A stretch of DNA of 64,000 nt from Chiloscyllium plagiosum (GCF_004010195.1 NC_057718.1:29841245-29905244); one strand, 5' to 3'. Shown: positions 39,000 to 51,599, counted from the first letter of the stretch. The notes: generated by a model from the sequence alone, not told the origin. Numbers and translations: made by a program.

Positions 39000-39860
39000 G
39001 GGTACTTGGGAATATGTGAACAATCCAACAGCTGATCACAGCCAAACAAAAAAAAATGCATTTAAAAAATGACAATGCTGGAGCCCTTTCAAAGCAAGAG
39101 GTATTCCACATATAAATGCCCATAAAAGTCCCACATAGGGTCACTTTGAATGTGGGAATTGAAGTTACACATTAAATGCTCAAAGTCCTGGTGAATCAAG
39201 GAAGACCTGTCAAAGATCATGCCTACATAACAGTGTCATCTCATGGGCCACTTGGAGTTAACAAATAGTTTATTTGAAACTGTTCTTAGTTAAAATTCTT
39301 GAATTTAATGAGATTGCATTCAGTTGTAATTCAAAAGTTCCCAAATCAGAGTTAAAATTGCCTGTATGTCTAAAATACTCAAAACCAAAAGTTTAAAACT
39401 TTTTGCAAAAAGTAAATGAAATTGTACTTTAAGTTGTCAAAAATATATTGAAATTGCTGCATACCACTTTCAAATAGAACACAAATGGATTGTTTAGAAT
39501 TGTGCTCAATACATTCTTTGCTGGGAGGAATAACTAAAGCTACAGCAATTTGACAGACTTTTGATAGCTTGCCAATACAAGTATTTGTCAAATATGAACC
39601 TACATGGTCAATATTAACACCAATAGCCCCAGCAAAATGAGTCATGGGCTGAGTGTTATTTGTAGTGGGCATCGATGTCCCAACTATCCTCAGCATAACG
39701 AAAGAGCAGAATCAAACTTGGAAGATTCCTGATCTGTACAGCCATGTTTCACATTTTAATGGCACAATGATATGGACGTTTACAGCAAATAACAAGGCCT
39801 TTTTGACGATTACACCCATGCTGGTCAACAGTCGGACCCGAAGGCTATGGCAAGGCAAGT
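39000..39860 (+). mobile_element. Fossil Helitron Rep-domain remnant
   Basis: NNPTAD (about 39019, cf. YNxPTxDE), FFAG (cf. SFxGS), ATAI*QTF...EPTWSI (cf. AMAIV..FG.P..F.T.NP.W.EI), KIPDLYSHV (cf. RPDL..RVF), in the expected order. Confidence 0.45.
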
Positions 39861-39869
39861 GAATATTTA

Positions 39870-40450
39870 AATACTGCATAAACTAAGAGTTTCTGACCCA
39901 TTCACCTTTTCAGGCAGCAAGTACCAAATTCTGATCTTCTGGGTGAAAAGAAATCTTCCTAAAACTCTACTCATAGGCTTCTACTTTTAACCTTACATCC
40001 ATGCCCTCTAGTTAATACCTCTTGACCAAATTGAAAAAGTGCCTCCCTATCCAGGCTCAAAACTTTATACACCTATATTATATTCCCCATTCAACCTTTA
40101 CAGCACAAGCAAACAGCCCCAGCCTATCCAGTCTTTCCTCATAGACCCTTCAGGTCAGGCAAAATCCTTTTAAGTCTTCTTTGCACACTCGAGTGAAATC
40201 AAATCCTTTGTATAATGTGGTGAGCAGAATGCTAATCTTCCAATTGTGGCCAAACGAGCATTTCACTCTTTTCCAGTGTAGCCTCCTTGCTCTTAGATCT
40301 ATGTCTCAGCAAATAAAGTATCCCACACGCTTCGTTGACCACCCTACCTGCCCAACTACATTCAGTAATTCACAGGCACCAGTGTCCTTCTGATATGGAG
40401 TACTTGTTGGATCTCAAGTACATTACCTCATTACCAGGACATTTCCTGTG
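39870..40450 (-). mobile_element. Degenerate CR1 3' fragment inside the Helitron remnant
   Basis: Reverse-complement CR1 motifs ccatgccctctagt and cagcctatccagtc. Confidence 0.55.
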
Positions 40451-40699
40451 CACTACTATTTTTGTGCAGTGCAGGATTCAATTTTCTTCCCTGACCAAAC
40501 TGGATTTGGTATTTGATGAATATTTGATTACGCCAGCATTAAACAGTGCTGACCTGTGAGTGCTGACATCAATGCTGCGTTAAAGTCTGAAGGGTCAGGC
40601 TGTGTAAATGTTTTCTGAAACCATGCACTGAATTACACAAAATGTAGTGCTCTTCCACAAACTTACTTGTTGAAATATATGAACGGAGTGTAAATTCAG

Positions 40700-41800
40700 C
40701 TTGCTAGCTCTATATTAACACTTCGCTCCCATACATCCAGACAGCATGGATTGATTAGCCTTAGGGAATGTTAGTGGGTGGGTTTTATTTGGTGGGCAGT
40801 GCCTGGTATACACAAACAAACATGGCCAGATGGAGATGTGTGTTTGGTTTTTCTGTCTGACTAAAATGTAACAACCATACAAAGGGGAATGGTGAAACAA
40901 CGATGTCAGGTCTTTATGTGAAGAGAAGACATTAAACAAAAAAATGTTAACAAGCAGACTACATATGGGTGCGTAATCACAAATGATATTTGCAGATTAA
41001 CTATAAATCAGACTCGTATATCAAGTTGTGTTAAGATGGCTAGTGACTGCAACTTAAGATATGTAGCTTTCAAGTTACGTAAACAACATAAATGAATGGA
41101 GTATGTGACACGTGTGACTATCAATGGTTAATGGCAGCAGCAAAGGGGTGCTGGTGAAGAATATACATAGAAGGGAAGCCCAAACCTCTGCTATCTCTAC
41201 AGGATGTTTCCAATAAAATGGGATGGGGTTAATGGTAAAGATGGGAATCAAAAAAATTGCAGCGTGAGGATGGCTTGGAAGAGGTGGTTAAGAATGTAAT
41301 TGATCAAATATAGCACAATATAAGGGATGGTTATTATTTCAAATTATTTGGACAACTCTTTGGGGGAAGAAGATGAAGACTCACTGGATTCAAATGAAAA
41401 CATTGAGGAAACTCAAGAATAATAATATTGATGTTATAGTTCAAAGAAAGAATTAACAGTCTGCACTATCTTCAATTGGCTGGTCATCAGTAAACTTACA
41501 CTCAAGGAAGCAGCATTTATAATATTGCTATGAAACTTGAATCCTAACCAAGGACTTTGTCATGGAACAAGACTGATGTAAGGAAGCTGTTTGCCTGAAT
41601 GATAGATGCTGAAATTGTAACAAGCAGATTTCAATGCAATAGACTGCTTATTCTTCAGCTAATTATAAATCCATCAGATATAAGTTGGCTCTCTCTCAAC
41701 ACAAGTGAACACAGTTCAGTTCAACCTGCATATTCTACGATTACGAATTTACACAGCCAAAACTCCAACATGGACAGTATTCTGCTTCCTACACCCCCCA
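40700..41800 (+). mobile_element. Fossil Helitron PIF1-type helicase remnant
   Basis: LKEAAFIILL*NLNPNQGLCHGTRLM from 41501 (cf. LKVG..IMLLRNL....GLCNGTRL), IDAEIVT, INPSD, VQPAYSTIT (cf. FPVRLAFAMTINK); LFGG at about 40785. Confidence 0.7.
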
Positions 41801-41884
41801 TCAGTAAGTTTTGATTATGTTAAACTTTGTTGAAAAAGTAACTAGAAATCCAAGATGTAAATAAAATAAATAAAGTCACAGAAT

Positions 41885-42200
41885 TTAGAATCCCTACAAT
41901 GTGGAAGTAGGCAACTTAGCCACACTGGCCGTTCAAAAGGGCAACTCACCCAGACCCTCTTCCCCCAATCTCCCTATTCCTACTTGTCCATCAATCCCTG
42001 AACAAGATGGGCAATTTAGCAAGGCCAATCCATCTAGCCTGCACATCTTTGGATATTGGGAGGAAACCAGAGAACCGGGAGGAAACCCAGCAGATACAGG
42101 GAGAATGTGCAAACTCCACAGAGTTGCCAGAGGCTGGAATTGAACCTGGGTCCCTGGCACTGAGAGGCAGCAGTGCTAACCACTGAGCCACCATGCCACC
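41885..42200 (-). mobile_element. HE1-type V-SINE
   Basis: Minus strand ggtggctcagtggttagcactgctgcctc...gggttcaattcc plus V domain. Confidence 0.88.
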
Positions 42201-43419
42201 CATACTATTGCAATCAAGATACAAATTTGGCTAGCAGTGTTTTGCAAGATTCTGCTAATTACCAAGTGATCTACAATTTTTAAACATCAGCTATACTCCT
42301 GTTATAATCCTCATCAGCGGTCATTCACATCTAGCATAATCATTACTGACAATAAAGGCAGAAGATAGTGTGAAACAAAGTGGGAAATCGATTGTGAACT
42401 CAAACACCAATAGTACAAAGTGAAATAAATACAAACAAAATGTCAGTGACAAAGATGGACGCTGAATAGTTCCATTTTATGCTGTCCTAAAATTTATACT
42501 GCTGTATTAATTTAAATGAATAAATTGATGGACAACAACTTTCATTGGCAACAGGTCAAAGACATGAAACTATTCAAAATCAACAAATAAAAGTTACTGA
42601 CTGCGGTCCTGTAGCTGTGTAGTACACCATTAATGGGAGCTTAGTTTTGCATACACTTACATGGTTTCAAAAATTTTTTTAAAAATCATGTACAATAAAA
42701 GATAATAAATAAAAGATTATCTTAAGACATCAATGTATTACTGTACCATTTTGACTTTCACTGTAATACTCATTTAAACATATGTTTGGGTGGTCCAGCT
42801 GTTGGAAATCCTATTTTAACTGAGTTATTCCGGGATGAAATTGGAGTTTTCCTAACACTCAACTGACCACATACATCCCCAACCCAGGAGGCCTGAAGCT
42901 TGTCTGAAATTAAGTCACAGGTTTTAATGCATGAATAGAGCGCTGACTGTCGTATGTCAATGCAACCTGGCAGCAATCCTTTGCAATTGTATTCCTGCAT
43001 CCCATTTTCACAAAACATTTTTTTTGAAATAATCTATTCACTTCTGGCTATTCGTTAGGTCACACTGATGGCAGGAAACTTGATGGTAGTGAGTACCCAT
43101 CATTAGCACATGCAAATTGCTTAAAGTGACCAAAGTAAAAGTCGCCTAATTCAAAAGAGATCAAGAATGTTTCCAGTGCTTGAAAAAGTCATTCAAAGCT
43201 TCTTTATTGTCCCTATTTTCCTCCCATAGGCCAGTGTTTCATGCTCAATTTCTGTCCCAATAAGTCAACTTACATTCTCAGTGTAGTCGTCAAAGAACAA
43301 AGCTTAGAGGTACATTTTAACGCCAAACTCAGTTAATAGTACTCTGTTTAGAAGGTGAAGCTTTCAATCCAATTATGTCACTGGAAGTAAGATGGCACTG
43401 AAGAATGGAGACACTGTCC

Positions 43420-43730
43420 CACCAACAGTGGCACAGCTCTAGGCCCAGGGCCTGGGTACCTGACGGTAGAGGTAGTGACATTCCAGCTGCAGCAGGGTGC
43501 AGAGAATCATGGCAACAGTGTTGGCAGATTGAGGGATGGACTTTGTGGTTTGGTTTTTGAGAGAAGGGACTCATGGTGAGAGAGTGATTTGAATGTTTCT
43601 TTTTGCTGTTTCTTATTTCTCCTGGTTTTTAATCCTGTAAAAAGATAGTGCCAGAGAATGGCAATTTTGTACACTTTTCACTGTACTCCTGTACACAACA
43701 ATAAAATCTAAAATCCTAAAAAATAAAAAT
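43420..43730 (+). repeat. Non-autonomous repeat with a Rex1-like tail
   Basis: cttttcactgtactcc...caataaaatctaaaatc end, similar to 980-1310. Confidence 0.4.
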
Positions 43731-43779
43731 CTAAGTACGAAACAACCAAGGTGACACAGATGTCATTTCAGATTACACT

Positions 43780-44100
43780 AAACCATTAATCATTCTTCCC
43801 AGGTGCTATTAAAAAAAAAAATCCAAAATCCATGGCACTATTTTGGAAAAAAAAGTACAATCAAGTTATCCCTGGTTTGCACTCCAACATTCATCCCAGA
43901 ATCACAATAAAAAATAAGATTACCAGGTCATGATCACGTTAGTGTTAGGAGGGGCTTGCTATGCACAAATTGATTGTTATATTTCCTACACTTCAGAAAT
44001 GATTACCCATCAAAAGTATTTCCAAAGAATTCCAAAAACTTGAAAATGTCGTGGAACATCCTGAGAGCATGAAATGCATGATATAAACGCAAATATTCTT
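43780..44100 (+). mobile_element. Deu-SINE (SacSINE1-like) remnant
   Basis: atccatggcactattt...gcttgctatgcacaaattg...tttcctacac core and L2-like tail. Confidence 0.55.
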
Positions 44101-44561
44101 GCTACCATACCACAATATGCTTGGAAAGTATGGAATATGTTGCAGACATTTCAATTACAACACCGTCTTGATGTGAAGTTCAGAGGAAGAACACTTGCAC
44201 ACCATAATGTTCAACATCCCAAACAAGACAAAATTCAAGCATAACCAAACAGTCCCATCCTCAGATAATATACAACCTAAAAAAGGGAGCATGCCATTCA
44301 CATCTTTAAAAGTGTATTTATTTGTTAATAGTTCGTGTGGACATTATTACAGTAACTGTAATGTTTTAATGGAAGAAAACTGAGTTTCAGCTTGCCTTTT
44401 CAGGATATTGAAGGAGGAAAGATGCACAAGATAAACATCATCTTTATGAAGCAAAACAAAAAGCCAAAGGGAAACTAAATACATCCAACTTTAGACCCAG
44501 GGAAACTGAAACAATTAGTCAGTGATTAAGCAAGCAAATTTCTAAAACATGATGTTCCATT

Positions 44562-45050
44562 CAGAGTCATACAGTATGGAACCAGACCATTTGGTCCAAC
44601 TCATCATGCCACCAGGGTTTCCCATGTGCCCACACTTCTTTTTATACCTTGGCTGTCCAAATGTCTTTTAAAGTGTTTGACTATATCTGCATCGACCACT
44701 TCCTTGGGCAGTTCATTTCACATACGAATCACCCTCTGAGAAAAGGTTGCTTGTCAGATCTACTCTAAATCTTCCTCCTTTCACCTTAAAATTATGCCTG
44801 CTAGTTTTGATCTCCCCTTACTCAAGGGAAAAGATTTTGGCTCTTCACCTTATCAATGCCCCTCATTACTTTATTTCTATAAGGTCACCCCTCATCATCC
44901 TATGCTCCAGAGAAAGAAGTCCAAGCCTATCCAGTCTCTCGGAGCTGAAACCCTCCAGTGCCGGGCACATGCTTTTCAAAATTTTTCTGAAACTTTCCCA
45001 ATTTGATAAAATGCTTCCTAAAGCAGGATGACCAGAACTGTGCACAATAC
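44562..45050 (-). mobile_element. CR1 3' fragment
   Basis: Minus strand YCAQFWS start; tail ctgtatgactctg. Confidence 0.8.
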
Positions 45051-45399
45051 AAGTTCCTCAAAACGTTTTTCTGCGTGATAAAATCCAAGGAAAAGGTAGT
45101 GCAGTTCTACAACTGCAACAATGAACAATCTTACTTTCGAACTGTTTTATGACCTCAGACCAAAGTCTTCATAGCTAATTAAGTACTAGAAGTCAGTGTC
45201 ATGTAGGGAAACAATGGTCCATTTGAACAGAGTAAAGCTCTAAAAACTCCAATCAAACTTGAAAGATATGATGCTAGCTCAGGGATAAATGTTGGTCTCA
45301 ACTTAAATCTTTGTTTCATTGGTAGATTGAACGTCGACTTAATTCTCAACCATAATACATATCTGACAGTGCTGCACTTTCACAATATAACTGATGAGC

Positions 45400-45820
45400 A
45401 GGTGCAGGTGTTGGACTAGACAAGACAAAAGTTAAAAATCACAACACCAGGTTATAGTCCAACAGGTTTATTCAGAAAAACTAGCTTTCAGAGCACTGCT
45501 CCTTTGTCAGGTAGCTCATCGGGCAGGATCATAAGAAACAAAATTTATTGCACAAGATCATAGTGTCACGCAATCAATACAATATATTGAACAAATCTGG
45601 ATTGCTGTTAAGTCTTTCATCTTTATAGAACGGATTGCAGCTTTTGATTAATTAATATGTCAATCCCAGAACTTCTTACAAGTCACATTTGCAATAAGTT
45701 AAAGGTTTCTATAAAAAAGTTTGACTCAAGATTGGAATATAGACAGACTCTGGCGTCACATCTTTAATGCATTGTCTGAGTTAAGAAATCAGGTTTTTTT
45801 TAAATATAGATAGTTCTGAT
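45400..45820 (-). mobile_element. PLE tail (family C)
   Basis: caccaggttatagtccaacaggtttatt as at 28697; minus strand CTGACAAAGGAGCAGTGCTCTGAAAGCTA (decayed hammerhead) at about 45482-45510. Confidence 0.7.
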
Positions 45821-45837
45821 ATACAAATCAACTATTT

Positions 45838-48800
45838 AGAGTCACAGATGTACAGCAGCCTTCAGTCCAACTTGTCCACACCGACCAGATATCGCAACCC
45901 AAACTAATCCCACCTGCCAGCACCCAGCCCATATCACTTCAAAGTCTTCCTATTCATTTACCCATCTGGATGCCTTTTAAATGTTGAGTGTGTGTTGCTG
46001 GGAAAGCACAGCCAGGCAGCAACCCAGGAGCAGGAGAATTGACATTTCAGGCATGAGCCCTTCATCAAGAATGAGGTTTGGGGGCCAGGCGGAGAAGTGC
46101 GGTTGGAGGGCGGGGGGGGAAGAGGTGGAGACGGGAAGAGCTGGGAGGCTGAGAAAGCGATAGGTGGATGAAGGTGATAAGTCAGAGGGATGAAGTGTTG
46201 GGTGCAGAGTTGGAGGCTTGGCACTGGGATAATGTGGGGGTGGGGGAGAAATGAGGAAGCTGTTAGAACTCACATTAATCCAGTGTGGTTGCAGGGTCCC
46301 AAGGCCGAACATGAAGCATTCTTTCTGTAGGCGTCAGGTGGTAACAGTTTGGCAGTGGTGGTAAGCCCAGGACCTGCATGTCCTTGGGAGGAATGGTGGG
46401 GGGGTTGAAGTGTTCAGCCATGGGCGGTGGGGTTGGTGGCTACAGGTGTCCCAGACAAGTGCTCTGAAACAATCTCCCCGATGTAGAGGGGACCACACCA
46501 GGTGCAACGGATGTAGTAGGCGACAGTGGTAGAGGTACAGGTGAGTTTCTGACGGATGTGGAAGGATCCCTGGGGCCTTGGACAGAGGTGAGGGGAGTGC
46601 TGTGGGTGCAGATTTTGCACTTCCTGCAGTGGCAGGGAAAGGCGCCAGGTGTGGGGTGTGAGCTGGGGAGGGGCATGGACCTGACGAGGGAGTCACAGAG
46701 GGAATGGTCTCTCTGGTATGCTGATTGGGGTAGGGAGGGAAATATTTCTTTGGTGGCAAAGTCCATTTGGAGGTGGTTGAAGTGGTGGAGGATGATGGAG
46801 GTCGGTGTGGTGGAAGATGAGAATCGGGGGTTCGGTCCTTGTTGCGTTAGGAGGGCTGGGGTTCAAGGGTGGTGGTGCATGAAGTGGAGGAGATGCGCTG
46901 GAGAGCATCGTTAACCACATGGGAAGGTAAGTTGTGATCATGAAAGGAGGCCATCTGGGACTTTGAGGTGGAATTGGTCATCCTGGGAACAGATGCAGTG
47001 GAGGGAGAGGAATTGAGAATAAGGGTGGCATTTTTACAGGAGGTAGGGTGGGAGGATATGACGTCTAGGCAGATGCTACAAGCCCACCGACTCCCACAGC
47101 TACAGAAAGTCCCAGATGGCCTTTTCCTTCCATGATACATCCCATCATTCTCCACCATTTCTGTTCCTATAAACAGACCCCAAAGATATATTTCCTTCCC
47201 TACCCCTATCCATGTGCCGGAGAAACCATTCCCTCCGCAACTCCCTCGTCAGCTCCATGCCCCCCTGCCAACCCACATCCCACTCCTGGCACCTTCCCCT
47301 GCCACTGCAGGTAGTGCAAACCCTGCGCCCACACCACTCCCCTCACCTCCGTCCAAGTCCCCAAGGGATCCTTCCACATCCATCTGAAATTTACCTGTAC
47401 CTCTACCAATTTTGTTTCACCAATCCCACCTCCCCGTGACTGAACACCAACTCCCCCTCCTCCTCTGTCAAGGATGCAGGTGCTGGGCCTCCTCCACCAA
47501 ACTGTTACCATCCGACATCTAATGGAAGATCATCTTATATTCTACCTTGGGACCCTGTAACCACACAAGATTAACGTGGATTTCAACAGCTTCCTCATTT
47601 CTCCTCCCATCACATTATTCCAGTGCCAAGCCTCCAACTCAGCAACGCCCTCCGGACCTGTCCATCACTCTCCCCTCTGACTGATCACCTTCTCCTCACC
47701 TTCATCCACCTATCACTTTTTCAGTTACCTTCCCCCTCCCATTTATCTCTCAGCCCACAAGCCTCATTCCCAATGAAGGGCTTATATGCCCAAAATATCA
47801 ATTCTCTTGCTCCTCGGATGCTGCCTGACCTTCTGTGCTTTCCCAGCAACATTGACTCGACTCTGATCTCCAACATTTGCAGTCCTCACTTTCTTCTAGA
47901 CTTTTAAATGTTGCAATCGTACTAGCCTCTACAACTACTTCTGGCAGCTCATTCCATAGACTTAGCACCCTCTGCATGAAAAGGTTGCCCGTTAGGTCTT
48001 CTTTATATCTTTTCCCCTCTCACCCTAAACCTATGCTTTCTAGTTCTGGACTCCCCCACCCCAAGGATAAGACCTTGTTTATTTATCCTATCCATGCCCC
48101 TCTTGATTTATAAACGTCTATTAGGTCACCCTTCAGTCTCCGATGCTCCAGGGAAAAACAGCCCCAGCATATTCAGCCACTCCCAAAAGCTCAAATTCTC
48201 CAACCCTGGGAACATCCTTGTAAATTTTGTCTAAACCCTTTCAAGTTTCACAACATCTTTCCAACAGGAAAGAGACCAAAATTGCACGCAATATGCCAAA
48301 AGTGGCCCAACAAATGTCCTGTACAGCTGCAACATGTCCTCCCAACCCCTATACTCAATACTCTGACCATTAAAAGGCAAGCATACCAAACGCTGCCTTC
48401 AGTATCCTATCGAACTGCGACCCAATTTCAAGGAGCTATGAACCTGCATTCCCAAGGTCTCTTTGTTCAGCAACACTCCCTTGGACCTTACCATTAAGTG
48501 TATTAGTCCTGTTAAGATTTGCTTTCCCAAAACACAGCACCTCACATTTATCTGAATTAAACTCCATCTGCCACTTCTCAGTCCATTGGCACATCTGATC
48601 AAGATCCTATTATAATCAGGAGGTAACCTTCTTTGCTGTCCACTACACCTCCAGTTTTGGTGTCATCTGCAAACTTACTAACTGTACCTCTTATGCTCAC
48701 ATCCAAATCATGATTATAAATAATGAAAAGTAGAGGACCCAGCACCGATCCTTGTGGCACTCCACTGGTCACAGGCCTCCAGTCTGAAAAACAACCCTCC

Positions 48801-49250
48801 ACCACCACCCTCTATCTTCTACCTCTGAGCCAGTTCTGTATCCAAATGGCTAGTTCTCCCTGTATTCCATGAGATCTAACCTTGCTAATCAATCAGTCTC
48901 CCATGGGGAACCTTGTCGAACACCTTACTGAAGTCCATATAGATCACATCTACCACTCTGCCCTCATCAATCCTCTTTGTTTCTTCTTCAAAAATCTCAA
49001 ATCAAGTTTGAGAGATATGATTGCCTATGCACAAAGCCATGTTGACTATCCCTGATCAGTCTAGCCTTTCCAAATACATCTAAAACCTGTCCCTCAGGAT
49101 TCCCTCCAACAACTTGCCCACCACCAACATCAGGCTCACCGGTCTATAGTTCCCTGGCTTGTCTTTACCACCTTTTAGTGGCAACACATTAGCAAACCTC
49201 CAGTGCTTCTGGTACCTCACCTGTGACTATCGATGATAGAAATATCTCAG
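45838..49250 (-). mobile_element. CR1 LINE interrupted by a fold-back PLE
   Basis: [14 protein letters not shown] and KFADDTK in ORF 48599..48808; the CR1 sequence resumes exactly across the PLE TSD. Confidence 0.9.
45987..47900. mobile_element. Fold-back PLE insertion (minus half 45987 to about 47070, plus half about 47075-47900)
   Basis: Both halves carry GIY-YIG remnants (YYIRCTWCGPLYIGE) and tails with decayed hammerheads (about 46040-46068 minus, about 47770-47800 plus); perfect 13-bp TSD cttttaaatgttg at 45974-45986 and 47901-47913. Confidence 0.9.
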
Positions 49251-49290
49251 CATTTGACAACACCAGATGATAGAATTCTATCACTTGAAT

Positions 49291-50346
49291 TGTTAATGAC
49301 CCAACTCTAATCACAACCAGCTATAATGAAGATTTCATATATTTGTGAACCTGGATATTTGATTAACGGCACATGGGACTTTAGCTTTCAGCACGGTGAA
49401 GGTATTTTTTGTTTGAGGAAAGGATTGTAATATCATTTACAACTGTGAGCAAAAGACAGCCTTTCCCATAAATCTGACTTCAGCTAAATGACTTAAAAAC
49501 ACTACCTGGCAAGATAACTGTTGTTTTTTGTCAACTTGAACTTTTATAGTTGCAGGATGAGGAGAGAACACAGCAGAAACAGGTGGCTGTTCATTAGAAA
49601 AGCTCCATAAACAGCTACTTAAAAAGCAGTCAAAGCTTTGACTTTATTTCTTCATAAGTCAGATAGTTAGCCAGAAACTCAAACTTTCTTTGACTTTCTG
49701 GCTAACTATCTGACTTTTCTCACTGAACTTTAAGAAATAAAGTTAAAGCTTTGACTGCCTAAGGTTTTTTTTTGAGTTTCAGTTGGGCAGTTTTGCAGAG
49801 TACTTGACCAAAGCTGGATGTGGAAAGCAGTTTTTCCCTCAGAAAGGAAGAGCGTTTCGAAATTGTTTTTAGAAAAGGTGACCTCATTATAATGGGTTTA
49901 GTTTTTAAAAAGTTGCAGACCAGAAGTGTTTGGCCAAAACTCTAAAAGGGCTTATTTGAAGTTGATAAATGTTTATGCTCAGTTCTACAACTAATCAAGG
50001 AAGAGGTATCAGATTCTCAGTCTGGGAATTGGCACTAAAGTTGTCAAGTCATATGTGGGATAGATAAGGACATTATCTTCAAACGTTTGAGCACTGTAAT
50101 TGGATTCTGTTGGGATTAATGGAAATGTATTTTTGCATTACAAAGTCTAGAAAATGAATTATATGTAAATATTTTTCAAATTTATCTTTATTAATTTTGT
50201 ACAAAAGACTGTTACTGTTACTGTTAAACCTGAATATAGCATGTTGCACGTATTTCAGTGAAAGACCACCTTGTTAAATCCAAAACTGCATGTGTCATCT
50301 ATCAAGCCAGATTTCAATCTCTGATCAGATTTCTCTAGTCATAACA
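49291..50346 (+). mobile_element. Probable solo LTR (Gypsy-like)
   Basis: Termini TGTTAATGAC...GTCATAACA form an imperfect inverted repeat (TG...CA); flanks gaat / taat (4-bp TSD with one mismatch); no coding signal inside. Confidence 0.6.
49626..49758. repeat. Near-perfect inverted repeat (hairpin)
   Basis: Inner arms 49656-49683 and 49689-49716 match at 27/28; outer arms 49626-49652 and 49732-49758 match at 26/27. Confidence 0.95.
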
Positions 50347-50453
50347 TAATAATGATGTATCAATAACCTCAAGAGAATACATTCAATGACTAACCACCAT
50401 GTTAACCAACTGGCAATAAAGCCAGGTTTCATTCTGGAATCTGACTTTGAGAC

Positions 50454-50765
50454 GGGCAGCACGGTGGCTCAGTGGTTAGCACTGCTGCCTCACCGCACCA
50501 GGGACCTGGGTTCGATTCCAGCCTCAGCAACTGTGTGGAATTTGCACATTCTCCCAGTGTCAGCGTAGGTTTCCTGTAGGTGTTCCAGTTCCCTCCCATA
50601 AGCAAAAGATGCACAGGTCAGGTGAATTGGTCATGTGGAATTGCTCACAGTGTCAGGGGTGAATATAGGGTAGGAGAATGGTTCTGGGTGGGTTACTCTT
50701 TGGAGGGTCAGTGTGGACTTGTTGGGCTGAAGGGCCTGTTTCTGTACTGTAGGAAATCTAATTTA
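50454..50765 (+). mobile_element. HE1-type V-SINE
   Basis: ggcagcacggtggctcagtggttagcactgctgcctcac...gggttcgattcc, V domain, CR1-like tail. Confidence 0.9.
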
Positions 50766-50938
50766 ATCCACATTACAAATCAGTTGAAATCATAAATTCC
50801 TTTCATTAGAAGATGCTGTGTTAAGAAACACTCAATATTGTAAACAGATTAGCAATACACAACAGCTTCTCTAACCCCAACCATAGGCGTTCTCACACCA
50901 AAGCATATCAAGCAAAGCATTTTTTCCCCTATATTTAG

Positions 50939-51027
50939 GTGTCTACTATTGAGCCTTCTGATGCTGATGCAGTCAAAATGGCCTTTGCAATCTCTGATGA
51001 GTCATCCACAAAGATTCATAACATGCG
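50939..51027 (+). other. Candidate coding exon of an unidentified host gene
   Basis: Strong acceptor ttttttcccctatatttag, donor GCG|gtgagc, 89 nt, open frame VSTIEPSDADAVKMAFAISDESSTKIHNM(R). Confidence 0.35.
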
Positions 51028-51599
51028 GTGAGCTTATTGTTTGCTACCCTTTGAACTTAAACTCGGTTCTGGTCAATACCACAGAATGTTCAAATGCATG
51101 CTACATTCAACCTGATCTGTAGGAACGCTGTGATCTTTTAAAACATTTTCATAAATCAAAATGTATGTTTTCCATCATGTTTATAAAGTTCATTTTATCT
51201 GATCTTTGAAGGACAAGATATACAAACTTGGTACCAGGCTCTACCATGCTTGTTCTTGGTGTTGCAAAATATTTTGGAGAGTGACATGGGATGGGTAGGT
51301 GCAGTTGATTGAATTAATAGTCATCTTGACTTTTGGCATATATACATGATGGATCCTGGACACTGAGAAGATAGTTTTGGCTACTGAAAGGTTTAAAGTC
51401 CCTGGCAGCATCTGGCCACAGTCACAAAAGAATTACATAACTGAATGAGGATTTACTCTGAGCAGTCAAAGTGTCCAAGTGTCTTGCGGCGATGGTATAC
51501 TGGCAGATGCCATTGGTCTTGATGGTCTGAGGAACAAATTAAGAGTGAAAGTCAGGATAAAGACCAAAACTTGAGGGTGCCAGTATCTACCATTACTGG

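Noticed and set aside
39088..39117. F-Q-(A)RGIPHI resembling Helitron Rep motif 2
   Set aside because: Needs a frameshift and lies upstream of the motif-1-like region, so the order is wrong; probably chance.
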